In this document: piece by piece, positions 9,894-19,351 of the stretch
Layout of the letters: every line of letters begins with the position of its first letter
Numbering within the stretch: position 1 is the stretch's first letter
IMG/VR virus record: IMGVR_UViG_3300032272_000040
Location: 1 to 39,289 of that record
Length of the DNA stretch: 39,289 bases
Source: a virus
Lineage: Duplodnaviria; Caudoviricetes
Strand: one strand, 5' to 3'
Notes under the pieces: generated by a model
Seen by the model: the letters and a program-made list of their open reading frames with translations, nothing else
What the model was told of the DNA's origin: nothing
The model's database searches: none
Translations under genes and position numbers: made by a program

Positions 9894-12800
9894 AACAATC
9901 TCAACAGCTTCCCAGACTTTGCTTGATCAAAATCTTGGGACTGAACCTGCACTCATTATTGAGATCCAGTGGGTTGATGGTGGATCTATCAATACCTATT
10001 CCGATAAAGACCTGGGTGGGAACGAAGGTAAGATCCTAGACGTTAGTGGTCTCGATAACACGGTTGTGGTCCAAGGTGTAAAGGCAGGTACGTCCGGTGA
10101 CTCACAGCAAATTAGTGTGACTCTAGATGACACTGATGGGTCTATTAAGAATATTATGGATACTCATGATATCCATAAAGAACAGGCGTGGGTTTACCAG
10201 TGGTTCCAAGGTTTAGACCAAAATGATAAGTTCCTAATCTTCAAAGGTCAAATCTCAAGTCCAATACAATGGAACGAGGGTGACCGAACGGTTTCGTTTG
10301 ATATCATTACTAGGATTGAGGACGCAGAGGTTGGCTTCTCTATGGAGGAGGGTAACTTTGAATTTGTCCCAGAGGATCTGATTGGTCAATCTTGGCCATT
10401 AGTATTTGGTACAGTCATCACCTGCCCCGCATTGAAAACTAGATCCCCTCGTAAAGGTCTTCTGAAGACTCCGTTTGGAATTCGGGATTACATGCTGGCA
10501 CCTAAGAAAGAACAAGCTAGTAAAGTCTGTTGCCCTTGGGTGTTCGTTGGATTTCGTTCTTATTATGATCCAAACTCAGGAGGTGCCTGGGGATCTGGTA
10601 ATCTGAACATTCGACCTGTATACGAAAAAGATGTGTCCTGCCAATGTAAGAGACTGGCGATTCAATGTGAAATGGATCTAAACATCGCTTCGCAAGCGGC
10701 ATGGGAATTCTCGACGATTGAAATCATCGACGGTGACTTATTTCCCCAGGGTGTTTATCTTACATTGAATATCAATGGAGCAAGGATTGGTGGAACCTTT
10801 GCCGGTACTGCATCTAGTCCTTCTACTACATTCAATATCGCTGGTAGGCAGCATCCAAAATTCGTAGCTCAAGATCCTGCAATCCCACCTATCAAAAGTT
10901 TTGGTTGTGATGATCCACCGACTGGTCAAGAGAACGATCCTAACCAAGGGACAGGCGTTGGTACGCAAACATGTTTTCTCCCCGGTAGTTGTACTGGGTG
11001 GGGTTCCACATGGAACTTTGAAAACATCTTAGGAGATACTAATAACTCTTCAGAACAACTCGCTTGGAATTATCTAGCAACTTTTCAAGAGGCTGGGTTC
11101 TTTTGGGCAGAGCCGGGTTCCGAAGTAACACTGGAGTCGGATAAGGAAATCGTATATGTCGCAAACCTATTACCTTCCACTGTTCATCAGGTGAAAGCTT
11201 GGCGTACATTTGAAGTGAGCGGTATCCGGCAACTCACTACAGTCCCTACTAGTTACTATAGTACTCGTCAATCAGACTTCAACGGGTACACTGTTACTGA
11301 GGTTGTACTCAGTCAAGCTCTTTCACTTAGAAGCGAAGGATGGGAAGATGATATCTTCGTTACCCAGACTTCCAGTGTTGGACCTAATCCTGTTGATATC
11401 ATGGAATGGCTGATCACGACCTACACGTCGTTTACATGGGATGCAAGTTTTGCTACTATCAAGACCAAGGTGGATAAGTATCCAATGAACTTTATGGTCC
11501 CTGGTAGAAAAAACATTCTCTCTTTGTTACAGGAGATGGCTTTCCAGGGTCGTATGGCATTGGTACTGAGGGACGATGAATTCAACTTAACCTATCTATC
11601 CGATGAACCTATAGAAGATGGTTCCATTGGAGAGAGTGATGTTATCGCGAATACTCTCGTCATTGATCACACTGACACAGAGGATCTGGTAACTAAGCTT
11701 GTTGCTGAATGGAGACCTGAGTGCCATTTGGATGATCCATATAAAATCATCCTTCGTTTCAATGTACGGAAATATGGTACACAGGAAGAGACGTTTGATT
11801 TCTATTGTTACAACATTCAAGAGTTAGTGATCAAATCAGCCACGTTCTGGTTAATCCGAATGGCAAATACTTGGCGTAAGATCATCTGTCAGACGCCAAT
11901 CAATAAGCTAGTGTTAGAGAGTCTGGATGGTGTGTTCGTCACACTGCCTGATGTAGCTGATGGTACTATCAAGTGCCGTGTAGAAACAGCCACGTACAAC
12001 TCTGCTGACCATGCAATTGATTTTGTTGTTCAGACACCAGTGCGAGCGGGAGAGCGGACAGCTTTTCCATTCCACTACCCGGCGGATATTGACATTGATG
12101 AGTTACATCCAACGATTGAAGATATCCAGTTCGGTAACGCTGGTGGGTCAGGACCTAACGTTGATGTTGAGGCACCACAAGGGCATGTTCTAGGTAATGG
12201 TCAATCATTACCACAAGGTTTTTCCTTTGGTCAAAAATCACCATGTGATCCATTGACTACGAACAGTAGTTTCACTCGACCTGAGAACATCTCATTTAAG
12301 TGCCGCCCCGATCATGGTGATCAGCAACCATCTGATACCGATGATACTAAACCTGAGGTCAAGATTCAAGATAACACTGGGTCCGTTCCTCCAGGGCAAT
12401 CCCCAGGGGATACAAAATCTGCTGCTGATAGTCAAATCATTAAGAATGATTTTACACAGGAAGGTAAGAATGGTGGGACAACTACTCGCCAAACCAACAA
12501 TACCGGAACTGGAACTGGTGGTACCGATGGTGGTGGTGCTGGTGATAATGGTGGTGCTGGTGGGGGTGGGATTGCTAATCCCGATGCTGATCAACAGAAG
12601 TCGAACATGGCAAATCAACCTTCGAAAGAGGAGTTGGAAGCACAGAATAAATGTCACTTCACTGCGACAATTACGTTCTTCGATGCTGTTACGAATGTCA
12701 GGATTAAGAATGGTGAGTCCTGTAATTCTCCAATGGAGAACCCATGTGCAAGTGCTAATGGTTGGTGCTTCTGCCAAGATCCTGGTAAAGAAGGTTGTGT

Positions 12801-13113
12801 AGTTGGTAACCAAGTGTTATCAACAACAGAATCATTCCACTTTGACACAGCAGCAGAACGTAATGCGTTTGTTGCTGCTGTTCAAGATATGCCTGATCGT
12901 AAGGGTACTGTTGGCAGTTCACATCCTGGTTTTGTAACTACGGAAGATTATAATCCCCCAGGTTGTAATGAAGCATCAGATCCAGCGAATCCTGGTATCA
13001 TTGGGTATGACACTGATGACTCTAGTCAGGAAGTTAGTATTATCGGTCATCAAGGATTCATGACTGATAGTCCAGCTCCTCTACCACTTTGTATTAACGG
13101 TATTCCTCAATAA
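9886..13113 (+). CDS. Baseplate hub / central tail-tip protein
   Basis: 1075 aa at the end of the tail module, with WPLVFG and NPVDIMEWL motifs typical of hub (Tal/J-like) proteins, and a Gly-rich linker before a Cys-rich C-terminus. Confidence 0.65.
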   Translation: MARTISTASQTLLDQNLGTEPALIIEIQWVDGGSINTYSDKDLGGNEGKILDVSGLDNTVVVQGVKAGTSGDSQQISVTLDDTDGSIKNIMDTHDIHKEQAWVYQWFQGLDQNDKFLIFKGQISSPIQWNEGDRTVSFDIITRIEDAEVGFSMEEGNFEFVPEDLIGQSWPLVFGTVITCPALKTRSPRKGLLKTPFGIRDYMLAPKKEQASKVCCPWVFVGFRSYYDPNSGGAWGSGNLNIRPVYEKDVSCQCKRLAIQCEMDLNIASQAAWEFSTIEIIDGDLFPQGVYLTLNINGARIGGTFAGTASSPSTTFNIAGRQHPKFVAQDPAIPPIKSFGCDDPPTGQENDPNQGTGVGTQTCFLPGSCTGWGSTWNFENILGDTNNSSEQLAWNYLATFQEAGFFWAEPGSEVTLESDKEIVYVANLLPSTVHQVKAWRTFEVSGIRQLTTVPTSYYSTRQSDFNGYTVTEVVLSQALSLRSEGWEDDIFVTQTSSVGPNPVDIMEWLITTYTSFTWDASFATIKTKVDKYPMNFMVPGRKNILSLLQEMAFQGRMALVLRDDEFNLTYLSDEPIEDGSIGESDVIANTLVIDHTDTEDLVTKLVAEWRPECHLDDPYKIILRFNVRKYGTQEETFDFYCYNIQELVIKSATFWLIRMANTWRKIICQTPINKLVLESLDGVFVTLPDVADGTIKCRVETATYNSADHAIDFVVQTPVRAGERTAFPFHYPADIDIDELHPTIEDIQFGNAGGSGPNVDVEAPQGHVLGNGQSLPQGFSFGQKSPCDPLTTNSSFTRPENISFKCRPDHGDQQPSDTDDTKPEVKIQDNTGSVPPGQSPGDTKSAADSQIIKNDFTQEGKNGGTTTRQTNNTGTGTGGTDGGGAGDNGGAGGGGIANPDADQQKSNMANQPSKEELEAQNKCHFTATITFFDAVTNVRIKNGESCNSPMENPCASANGWCFCQDPGKEGCVVGNQVLSTTESFHFDTAAERNAFVAAVQDMPDRKGTVGSSHPGFVTTEDYNPPGCNEASDPANPGIIGYDTDDSSQEVSIIGHQGFMTDSPAPLPLCINGIPQ

Positions 13114-13123
13114 GGAGAATAAG

Positions 13124-13456
13124 ATGGGTTGTGGTGGTTGTCAAGGCGGCAAGGTGAGAATAGACTTACCGCCAGTAACTAGTCCTGTAATGAATCAAGA
13201 AGGTGCCATCGAGTACCCGGAAGGTCATGATATCCCTGAGATTCAGGGATATCATGCAGATCCGGAAAACGATAGAGTCTTGATTCCTGATGATGGTGTA
13301 GGGTGTGATTATCGAATCGCAGGTATCCTAATGCAGCGTGATGGTTCTTATAAACCTCACTTTGTTTGCAGGCACACCCAGTGTGAGCACAAGTCTAAAC
13401 CTGTTACAATGGACATCTGTAAAGGATGTCCTTTCAGGAACAAGGTTAACGAATAA
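13124..13456 (+). CDS. Cys-rich hypothetical protein
   Basis: SD AAGGAG upstream. Contains CGGC, CRHTQC and CKGC motifs. Confidence 0.6.
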   Translation: MGCGGCQGGKVRIDLPPVTSPVMNQEGAIEYPEGHDIPEIQGYHADPENDRVLIPDDGVGCDYRIAGILMQRDGSYKPHFVCRHTQCEHKSKPVTMDICKGCPFRNKVNE

Positions 13457-14060
13457 CGGCTCGCATCAGCGTTGCGTACAATTTAGCAGTTGCTATGCAG
13501 TCTGCTAAAGCGTCATGTGCATTCTCGTATGGGATTCCAAACTGATGGCACAAAGCGCCAAGTCCTAATGATGTGAAAGGTTTATTCTTTCCCATCATTA
13601 CGGAACGGTCGTTCAACATACCCGCGAATATCATAGTATCCCGAGGGTGTGGATGGAAAATGGAATTAAGAAGATCTGGACCCAACCAAGGGACAAGGAA
13701 ACTTCTTTCATAAGCCCAGTTGTGAGCGACCGGTGTTAAACGTCTACTGTGTCCGAGTGGCAACTTAGAAAACCAATCCAGGAGGAGGTCAAGTACTCTC
13801 TCCTGTGTTGGTGCATTCGCCACAAAGTCATCGATACTCAAACCATGTACCTTCCCTGCTTTAGCTTCAGCTCTTTCAGGGAAGTCCGGTTTGATATTAC
13901 AATAGAAAGGTTTGACATCTGCGATCTCCAATTCGATAGTCAAAGGGACTATCGCAACTTGAATTACTTCATGGAACCCACAGACTCGTCCAGTTGTTTC
14001 TACATCAATGACTGCCAGAGGGTTTCCATTCAAATGATGTAGTGATGATATCTCAGTCAT
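13446..14060 (-). CDS. DEDDh 3'-5' exonuclease (DnaQ/RNase T-like)
   Basis: Motifs IDVETTG, AHNWAYE and HDALAD. Confidence 0.9.
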   Translation of the reverse strand: MTEISSLHHLNGNPLAVIDVETTGRVCGFHEVIQVAIVPLTIELEIADVKPFYCNIKPDFPERAEAKAGKVHGLSIDDFVANAPTQERVLDLLLDWFSKLPLGHSRRLTPVAHNWAYERSFLVPWLGPDLLNSIFHPHPRDTMIFAGMLNDRSVMMGKNKPFTSLGLGALCHQFGIPYENAHDALADCIATAKLYATLMRAVIR

Positions 14061-14523
14061 TCTTTAACCTCTTTAACCTCTTTTGTTCAGCCCAATGAGC
14101 CATACGTTTGGAGAATAGTTCGGCATCAATAACAGGAGTGTCTTTATAGTTTAATTCCATCAAAGCACACAGGTTCCAAATCGCGTGTGATATGTGGGAA
14201 CACCCTGAGTCTTCATCGTACATCTCACCTTTGAGAAAGTAATCAAGGTGACGTGCCATAGAATCCAGGTACTCCTCATCAGGTTTACCACCAATCGCCC
14301 AGTTACCGTCTTCGTACTTGTTGGCACCGAACTCCTTAACACGGGCGATGCCTTCTAGTGCTTTGTGAAACGACCGAGCAAAGTAACCTAACTTGGGTTT
14401 CCCTTCATCGAACCGTTCTGCAACCTTGGGTGGTACTGCAACCTTGGGTGGTACTGCAACCTTGGGTGGTACTGCCTTACTATCACTATCAAGTTGTTCG
14501 TAAATCTCTCGGTAATTACTCAT
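14053..14523 (-). CDS. DUF5664-like dATP/dGTP diphosphohydrolase
   Basis: Signature RFDEGKP...FGANKY..GNW...YLDSM.RH....GE..DEDSG.SH..HA.WN. Confidence 0.8.
   Translation of the reverse strand: MSNYREIYEQLDSDSKAVPPKVAVPPKVAVPPKVAERFDEGKPKLGYFARSFHKALEGIARVKEFGANKYEDGNWAIGGKPDEEYLDSMARHLDYFLKGEMYDEDSGCSHISHAIWNLCALMELNYKDTPVIDAELFSKRMAHWAEQKRLKRLKND
14418..14475. repeat. Perfect 18-bp tandem repeat, about 3.2 copies
   Basis: CTGCAACCTTGGGTGGTA x3 plus CTGC, encoding (AVPPKV)x3 on the minus strand. Confidence 0.95.
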
Positions 14524-14525
14524 TG

Positions 14526-17264
14526 TTATTCCTTTCTAACTAACTTTTGTCGGAACCTCACAAGGGGAGATAATTGTTCGTCACCTTGATAAGGTGTCAA
14601 AGATACGTTCCCGAGACACATAACATTGTTCTCGAACCTACCGAACGGTAATATCTCCCGCTGTCGGAATTCATCAGTGACCTTGGGATAAGTCCAAGTG
14701 TACTTTTGATCTTCAGTCATCCACTCCTTCATTGCATTGTAAAAGTCCTTGAGTTTAACATGCGCACCTGGAACACGGTAACACTTTTCTTCAATGAATT
14801 GATCTAGTAAAGTGTGGACAGATTCTTCTGCCAATCGTTTACTCTCTGTACAGAGTACAGGAAGTCGCAATCGACCAGGAGCGTCCGGTAACTTTAACTC
14901 AAGCAGAGTCCTTAGAAACGCTGGTGCTTCATCACGAAGTTTAGACAGCAGTGTATCCTTTGGTATCTCTGCTCCATCTAACATAGGTACATGCATCATG
15001 ACGATGCGAGTATCTCCTGGGAAGATCGGGCAGAAGTTTTTGTCATTTGCCGTTTGCACCCAGTGAGTGGTGTTCTTGACTTGGACAGGTTGTTGGAACT
15101 TAGCGTGAATCAAAATCTCCTCACCTGTGACCCAAGCTTTCATACGGTTGTAAGCTGATGAGCCATCCGAACTCAGGTTTGTCTCTTCAACAACACACAG
15201 TACGGCGGCGTTGATTTCACCGTTGAAGTTACCTTTACTTTTCAAAGCTTCATCAGCGAATTGAACTCCTCCTGACATTAAGAGTGACAAGGCTTCATGG
15301 AAAATAGACTTACCGCTGTTCTGAGGTCCATAGAAAAATAGGTAGGGAAGTTTACAATAGGGATCTCGCATCATCAGTGCTGCCCAGTAACGTAAGTAGT
15401 CAGCACCTGTATGGATACCTGCCTCTCGACACCAGTTATCTTCTTTGAGGATTGAATCCAGATCTTGCCCACAGTGATCCATAATCATATCCCAGTGTCG
15501 GTGGTCTTGTCCACTCTCCCCTGGGGTGACAGCGAATTGAGGGGCATGTCTATTCCAACGACGGTGACCTAAATACTCTGGTTGAAATGGCACGTTTACA
15601 ATCTTCCAGTTACGAATAACAAGACGACCAAGAGTTTCCTCAACCTGATCAGGAGTCCAGATACGTAACGCCGAACGAGTGTTGTCTTTGTTTTGACCGA
15701 TCCACTCCCCTTCTTCATTAAGGACTACCCATTGTGAAAACTCATTATTCATATCTACTAAGGCACGAACACGGTCGTCAAAACTGACTTCCTCTTCTTC
15801 TCGTGTCCCCTCAGTCTGAGCGTTGCGAGCAAGACGTGTGAACTTGCGTCCCTTTTCTATCCAACCTTTCGGAAGCTTGTCATCCTTTTTCTTTTCGATC
15901 TCCAGTACTAGCTGTGCTTGTTTATTTGGGCGAAGAATGATCTTACGTCCTTCACTGGACCCATAGAAAGTTAACCATTCTTTGTCCAGAGGTAACTCAT
16001 CACCGAGGGCATTACAGACCTTGGATACATCATCGAAGTCAGTGAAGACCCAACCTTTCCCATCAGGATCTTCGACTCCTCCAAACACATTAGCGGCTTG
16101 CATCAGTGATGGAGCACGGTTGAAATAGGTCCAAGTCCAATCACCCGATTCTTGATTCCATGTGTCATGCTCTCGGGCACCACGTCCAAAACGTGTAATC
16201 CGTAGTCCACCGTTTTTGATTGGGAACGCGAAGCAGTTGGGTTTTCCCATATCCTTACCTGCTGATAAGGTCTTGAAGAAACCTTGGTACTCCTCTGGAT
16301 ATTGCTCAATCAAATCCTGAAAAGCCTTACTGTGCGTCTGCCAGCAGTGGTGATCTGGAACCCACACGATGGAATAACCCATCTGGTGTACACGTTCTTC
16401 AATCAATTTATGTGTGTCATCCAATTCAATCTTAACTCTTGATGAAGTCTGTGCTTCGAAAGAGTCATAATCAGCGGAGTCAATACCACTGAACCTAATC
16501 TTGGAGTGACGACCTGTGATTACATCAAGGTTGTCTTTCCAGTTACTAGGTAGATTGGGGCAGAAGGTGTCGTAGTCTTTGATGATAGATAGACCTTGGT
16601 TTGCTTCAGACACCTTACGATGCCATACCCACATGTTACCACCCAACACGTCCATATTACCCCTGAAGTCGAACCCCGCTTCTCGCTCCATGAGTCCCAG
16701 AACCGAACGTGCTAGGGCAGCATGAACGTTGTGGTTCTCACAGTCGGGTGCGTCTTGGGGATCAAAGAACACATAGAGATGTAGACCAGCACCCCCAGTT
16801 GATCGACGGACTTGAACCCACGGGATCGTGGCGGCAGCTTCTTTAACCTTTAGTAGCTGGTCATCACTGACGCCGACACCCTGAGCGTGCCCTGTGATGG
16901 CATCAAAGTCAAATCCAACCCACATTGATTGCTTCTTTTTCCAGTTCCAGCCGGTCATTCCGACACACTCCACGTGCCTGACAAGAGGGAAACCGAGTGG
17001 ATTATCATTGAAATAAGGTTCACTCATCGCGTTACGCGGTACCCTGACATGATGATATTTGTAAGTCCCCAGGTCTTCACTAGCCACTGCCCATGTGTTC
17101 TTGACGAGTTGATTGCCATTATACACTGGTTCGCCATCAGTTGGGTCGACCATCACTTGGCATTCCATATCGCCATTACAACGAGAGGTGAGGTCTTGGG
17201 CATAGTTGATTGGGACGGTCTTTAGAAACGACTCAATTGCTTCTGTAGTACGGACTTGCGTCAT
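14526..17264 (-). CDS. Primase-helicase (AEP/Prim-Pol N-terminus plus D5-like SF3 helicase)
   Basis: AEP motifs FDFD and RSTGGAGLHLY, Walker A GPQNSGKS, Walker B-like CVVEE. SD GGAGGA upstream. Confidence 0.85.
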   Translation of the reverse strand: MTQVRTTEAIESFLKTVPINYAQDLTSRCNGDMECQVMVDPTDGEPVYNGNQLVKNTWAVASEDLGTYKYHHVRVPRNAMSEPYFNDNPLGFPLVRHVECVGMTGWNWKKKQSMWVGFDFDAITGHAQGVGVSDDQLLKVKEAAATIPWVQVRRSTGGAGLHLYVFFDPQDAPDCENHNVHAALARSVLGLMEREAGFDFRGNMDVLGGNMWVWHRKVSEANQGLSIIKDYDTFCPNLPSNWKDNLDVITGRHSKIRFSGIDSADYDSFEAQTSSRVKIELDDTHKLIEERVHQMGYSIVWVPDHHCWQTHSKAFQDLIEQYPEEYQGFFKTLSAGKDMGKPNCFAFPIKNGGLRITRFGRGAREHDTWNQESGDWTWTYFNRAPSLMQAANVFGGVEDPDGKGWVFTDFDDVSKVCNALGDELPLDKEWLTFYGSSEGRKIILRPNKQAQLVLEIEKKKDDKLPKGWIEKGRKFTRLARNAQTEGTREEEEVSFDDRVRALVDMNNEFSQWVVLNEEGEWIGQNKDNTRSALRIWTPDQVEETLGRLVIRNWKIVNVPFQPEYLGHRRWNRHAPQFAVTPGESGQDHRHWDMIMDHCGQDLDSILKEDNWCREAGIHTGADYLRYWAALMMRDPYCKLPYLFFYGPQNSGKSIFHEALSLLMSGGVQFADEALKSKGNFNGEINAAVLCVVEETNLSSDGSSAYNRMKAWVTGEEILIHAKFQQPVQVKNTTHWVQTANDKNFCPIFPGDTRIVMMHVPMLDGAEIPKDTLLSKLRDEAPAFLRTLLELKLPDAPGRLRLPVLCTESKRLAEESVHTLLDQFIEEKCYRVPGAHVKLKDFYNAMKEWMTEDQKYTWTYPKVTDEFRQREILPFGRFENNVMCLGNVSLTPYQGDEQLSPLVRFRQKLVRKE

Positions 17265-17297
17265 AAAATTCCTCCGGAGAAATGATCTGTTACTACA

Positions 17298-17325
17298 AGT
17301 ATACCACCGATAATCGTTATGTCAA
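17298..17325 (-). promoter_or_regulatory. sigma70-type promoter for the primase operon
   Basis: Minus strand reads TTGACA-N16-TATACT with TGG before the -10. Confidence 0.75.
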
Positions 17326-17541
17326 GTATAATCTGAACTTTATTTTGCGCAACGGCTCCCTGGAGCATTTGAGCTTTGACCTCGAAAAGAGGTACAGTAA
17401 AGAGAAAAAGTTTTTATAAAAAATGTTCTTTGGTTTCTAATTTCCGCAAATGTATCTCCAGAAGTCAAATAGTAGTAAATAGAGTAATGTTTAACCCTCA
17501 AAAACAAGGGGTTTGCTAGCGTTTTTGTATTTTGAGCAAGG

Positions 17542-17578
17542 GTCAAAATCATGTCAAATCAATGTCAAATGGTCAAAA
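17542..17578 (+). repeat. Phased GTCAAA direct repeats
   Basis: GTCAAA at 17542, 17553, 17564 and 17572, beside an AT-rich divergent intergenic region. Confidence 0.6.
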
Positions 17579-18546
17579 TGGACCTCATTAAACCAGCATG
17601 GAACATGCTTCGCCCCGTCAGGGAGTCAGATGTAGAGTACCTGGAGATGCAGGATTCGATTCGAGACAATGGCGTTCTCAATTCAATCCTAGTCCGACCA
17701 CACCCCACTCAAGATGGGTACTACGAAGTCATTGATGGGATGTGGAGATATTTTTCTGTAAAATCACTTGACATTCCGGAAATACCGTGTATACTTAAAG
17801 TAGGGATTGAGACGGATGAGCAGTATTTAGCGTTGCAGATACAATGTAACGCTGTTACCTATGACACCCGTCCTATCGAGTTTGCCGAACAAATGGAGAG
17901 GTTAGTAGAGATACTGGAACAGAGAGGTTCTAAAGTATCCATCACGGAGTTGGCACGATACGTTAGCAAGAGCAGCACGTGGGTAAGTAACAGACTCAAA
18001 CTACTGAAGTTATGCGACAAGGCAAAGGACCAAATCAAAAACGGGACACTGACATTAGGTAAAGCGGTCGCCTTGGCACGGGTACACAGCCATGCACATC
18101 AGGAGAGACTACTACTCCTAGCTAAAGACTTGAAGACTATCGACTTTGAATTTGAAATCGGTAAGTTCATCGCCCGAGAGAATGCCAAGGCAGTGGAGAA
18201 TCAGAGACATAGAAGAGAAGAGGTGACACTTGTACCGAGACTGCAATCTACAGACTCCCTACTAAAGGAATTGGACAGTCTGAACAATGTTGCTCAATTA
18301 ATTGTGCAAAATGATTTGACAACTGCCCTAGAAGGTGCTAGAGTTACACTAGAGTGGGTGTTGAATTTGCACGATCAAGGAAGAGTGGATCAGGTTAAGG
18401 AGATGAGACACAAACTGAGTTATGATGAGAGGCGAGATATAATTGGAAGGAGAAGGTATGAAGAACTAAGTGAAATGAGAAAATTGAAAGAAGCACGAGA
18501 ACGCGAAACTAGAAAATCTTTTGGAGAAATTGAAGAACATGGGTAA
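17551..18546 (+). CDS. ParB/Srx-domain protein with HTH (ParB-like 1)
   Basis: SIRDNGVLNSILVRP...YEVIDGMWR and HTH ITELARYVSKSSTWVSNRLKLL. The start could be 17569 or 17578. Confidence 0.85.
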   Translation: MSNQCQMVKMDLIKPAWNMLRPVRESDVEYLEMQDSIRDNGVLNSILVRPHPTQDGYYEVIDGMWRYFSVKSLDIPEIPCILKVGIETDEQYLALQIQCNAVTYDTRPIEFAEQMERLVEILEQRGSKVSITELARYVSKSSTWVSNRLKLLKLCDKAKDQIKNGTLTLGKAVALARVHSHAHQERLLLLAKDLKTIDFEFEIGKFIARENAKAVENQRHRREEVTLVPRLQSTDSLLKELDSLNNVAQLIVQNDLTTALEGARVTLEWVLNLHDQGRVDQVKEMRHKLSYDERRDIIGRRRYEELSEMRKLKEARERETRKSFGEIEEHG

Positions 18547-19294
18547 TGAACTTACAAAACTGGACGATCTGAATTCTTTGTTTGGTGCTAATGGCGCACT
18601 GTCTACTCAATCCGCAGAAGACCTCAAAGAGGTTGAAGCTTTATCGAAGGCATCGGGTTTCCTCCCCCGAATCCAACTGTATTACAGAGGGAAGCCAATT
18701 GATAAGGATTTGATCAGCAAGGGTCATTTCGGTTCACCCCGGTCAGCGGATGATATCCGAGACCTCGGAAAGAACATCGATGTACTGGTGTTCGCTCGAA
18801 AGCCAAAAGCTATCGACATGTCCGACACGGATAACATCATTACATCCAATGATGTTAAGAGTGACGAGTTCAAACGTATCGTTGATGCCGCAGACAACAC
18901 TAGTGATAGTGGTTGTGCTTACGGTCCGACGTACCTTGTATTTGAACGCAGCACCGGAGAGTTCTTTGAGTTCTTCTGTGGTAACAAATCTTCTCGAATC
19001 GAATCGAGTAAGATTAACTCTTACCTCCCAGTGACCCCTGCGATGATCAAAGCGGGTGTGACAGAGGAAGAGAAACCACGGGGTCCTAAACCAATGGCAC
19101 TGACTGCTCAGTACTTGGAAAAGGGAACATGGTCCTGGTTCGCCCCAAAGGCGGGCGACGGTTTGACACCTTTCAAGAAACTTCCTACAGTGGAAGATAT
19201 TGAAACTCAGGTTACCAAGTTCTTGAAGAAGGACGAAGGTGAAGGCGTTGAGGCTGTCTCTGAGAATGAGACTAAGTCGAAACGAAAGCGATAG
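18539..19294 (+). CDS. Hypothetical replication protein, possibly ssDNA-binding
   Basis: 251 aa with SD GGAG, FLPRIQL motif, charged C-terminal tail, and a strong terminator downstream. Confidence 0.4.
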   Translation: MGNELTKLDDLNSLFGANGALSTQSAEDLKEVEALSKASGFLPRIQLYYRGKPIDKDLISKGHFGSPRSADDIRDLGKNIDVLVFARKPKAIDMSDTDNIITSNDVKSDEFKRIVDAADNTSDSGCAYGPTYLVFERSTGEFFEFFCGNKSSRIESSKINSYLPVTPAMIKAGVTEEEKPRGPKPMALTAQYLEKGTWSWFAPKAGDGLTPFKKLPTVEDIETQVTKFLKKDEGEGVEAVSENETKSKRKR

Positions 19295-19302
19295 GACGGC
19301 TC

Positions 19303-19336
19303 AAGCAGGGGGTAGAAATACCCCCTGCTTTCTTTT
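19303..19336 (+). terminator. Rho-independent terminator
   Basis: 12-bp stem AAGCAGGGGGTA/TACCCCCTGCTT with a GAAA tetraloop, followed by TCTTTT. Confidence 0.9.
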
Positions 19337-19351
19337 ACGAGGTTACCATGT

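Noticed and set aside
14418-14475. CRISPR array
   Set aside because: The repeats are contiguous with no spacers, and lie in frame within a CDS.
17340-17552. 70-aa minus-strand ORF
   Set aside because: It lies in an AT-rich regulatory region, has no recognisable motif, and is probably spurious.
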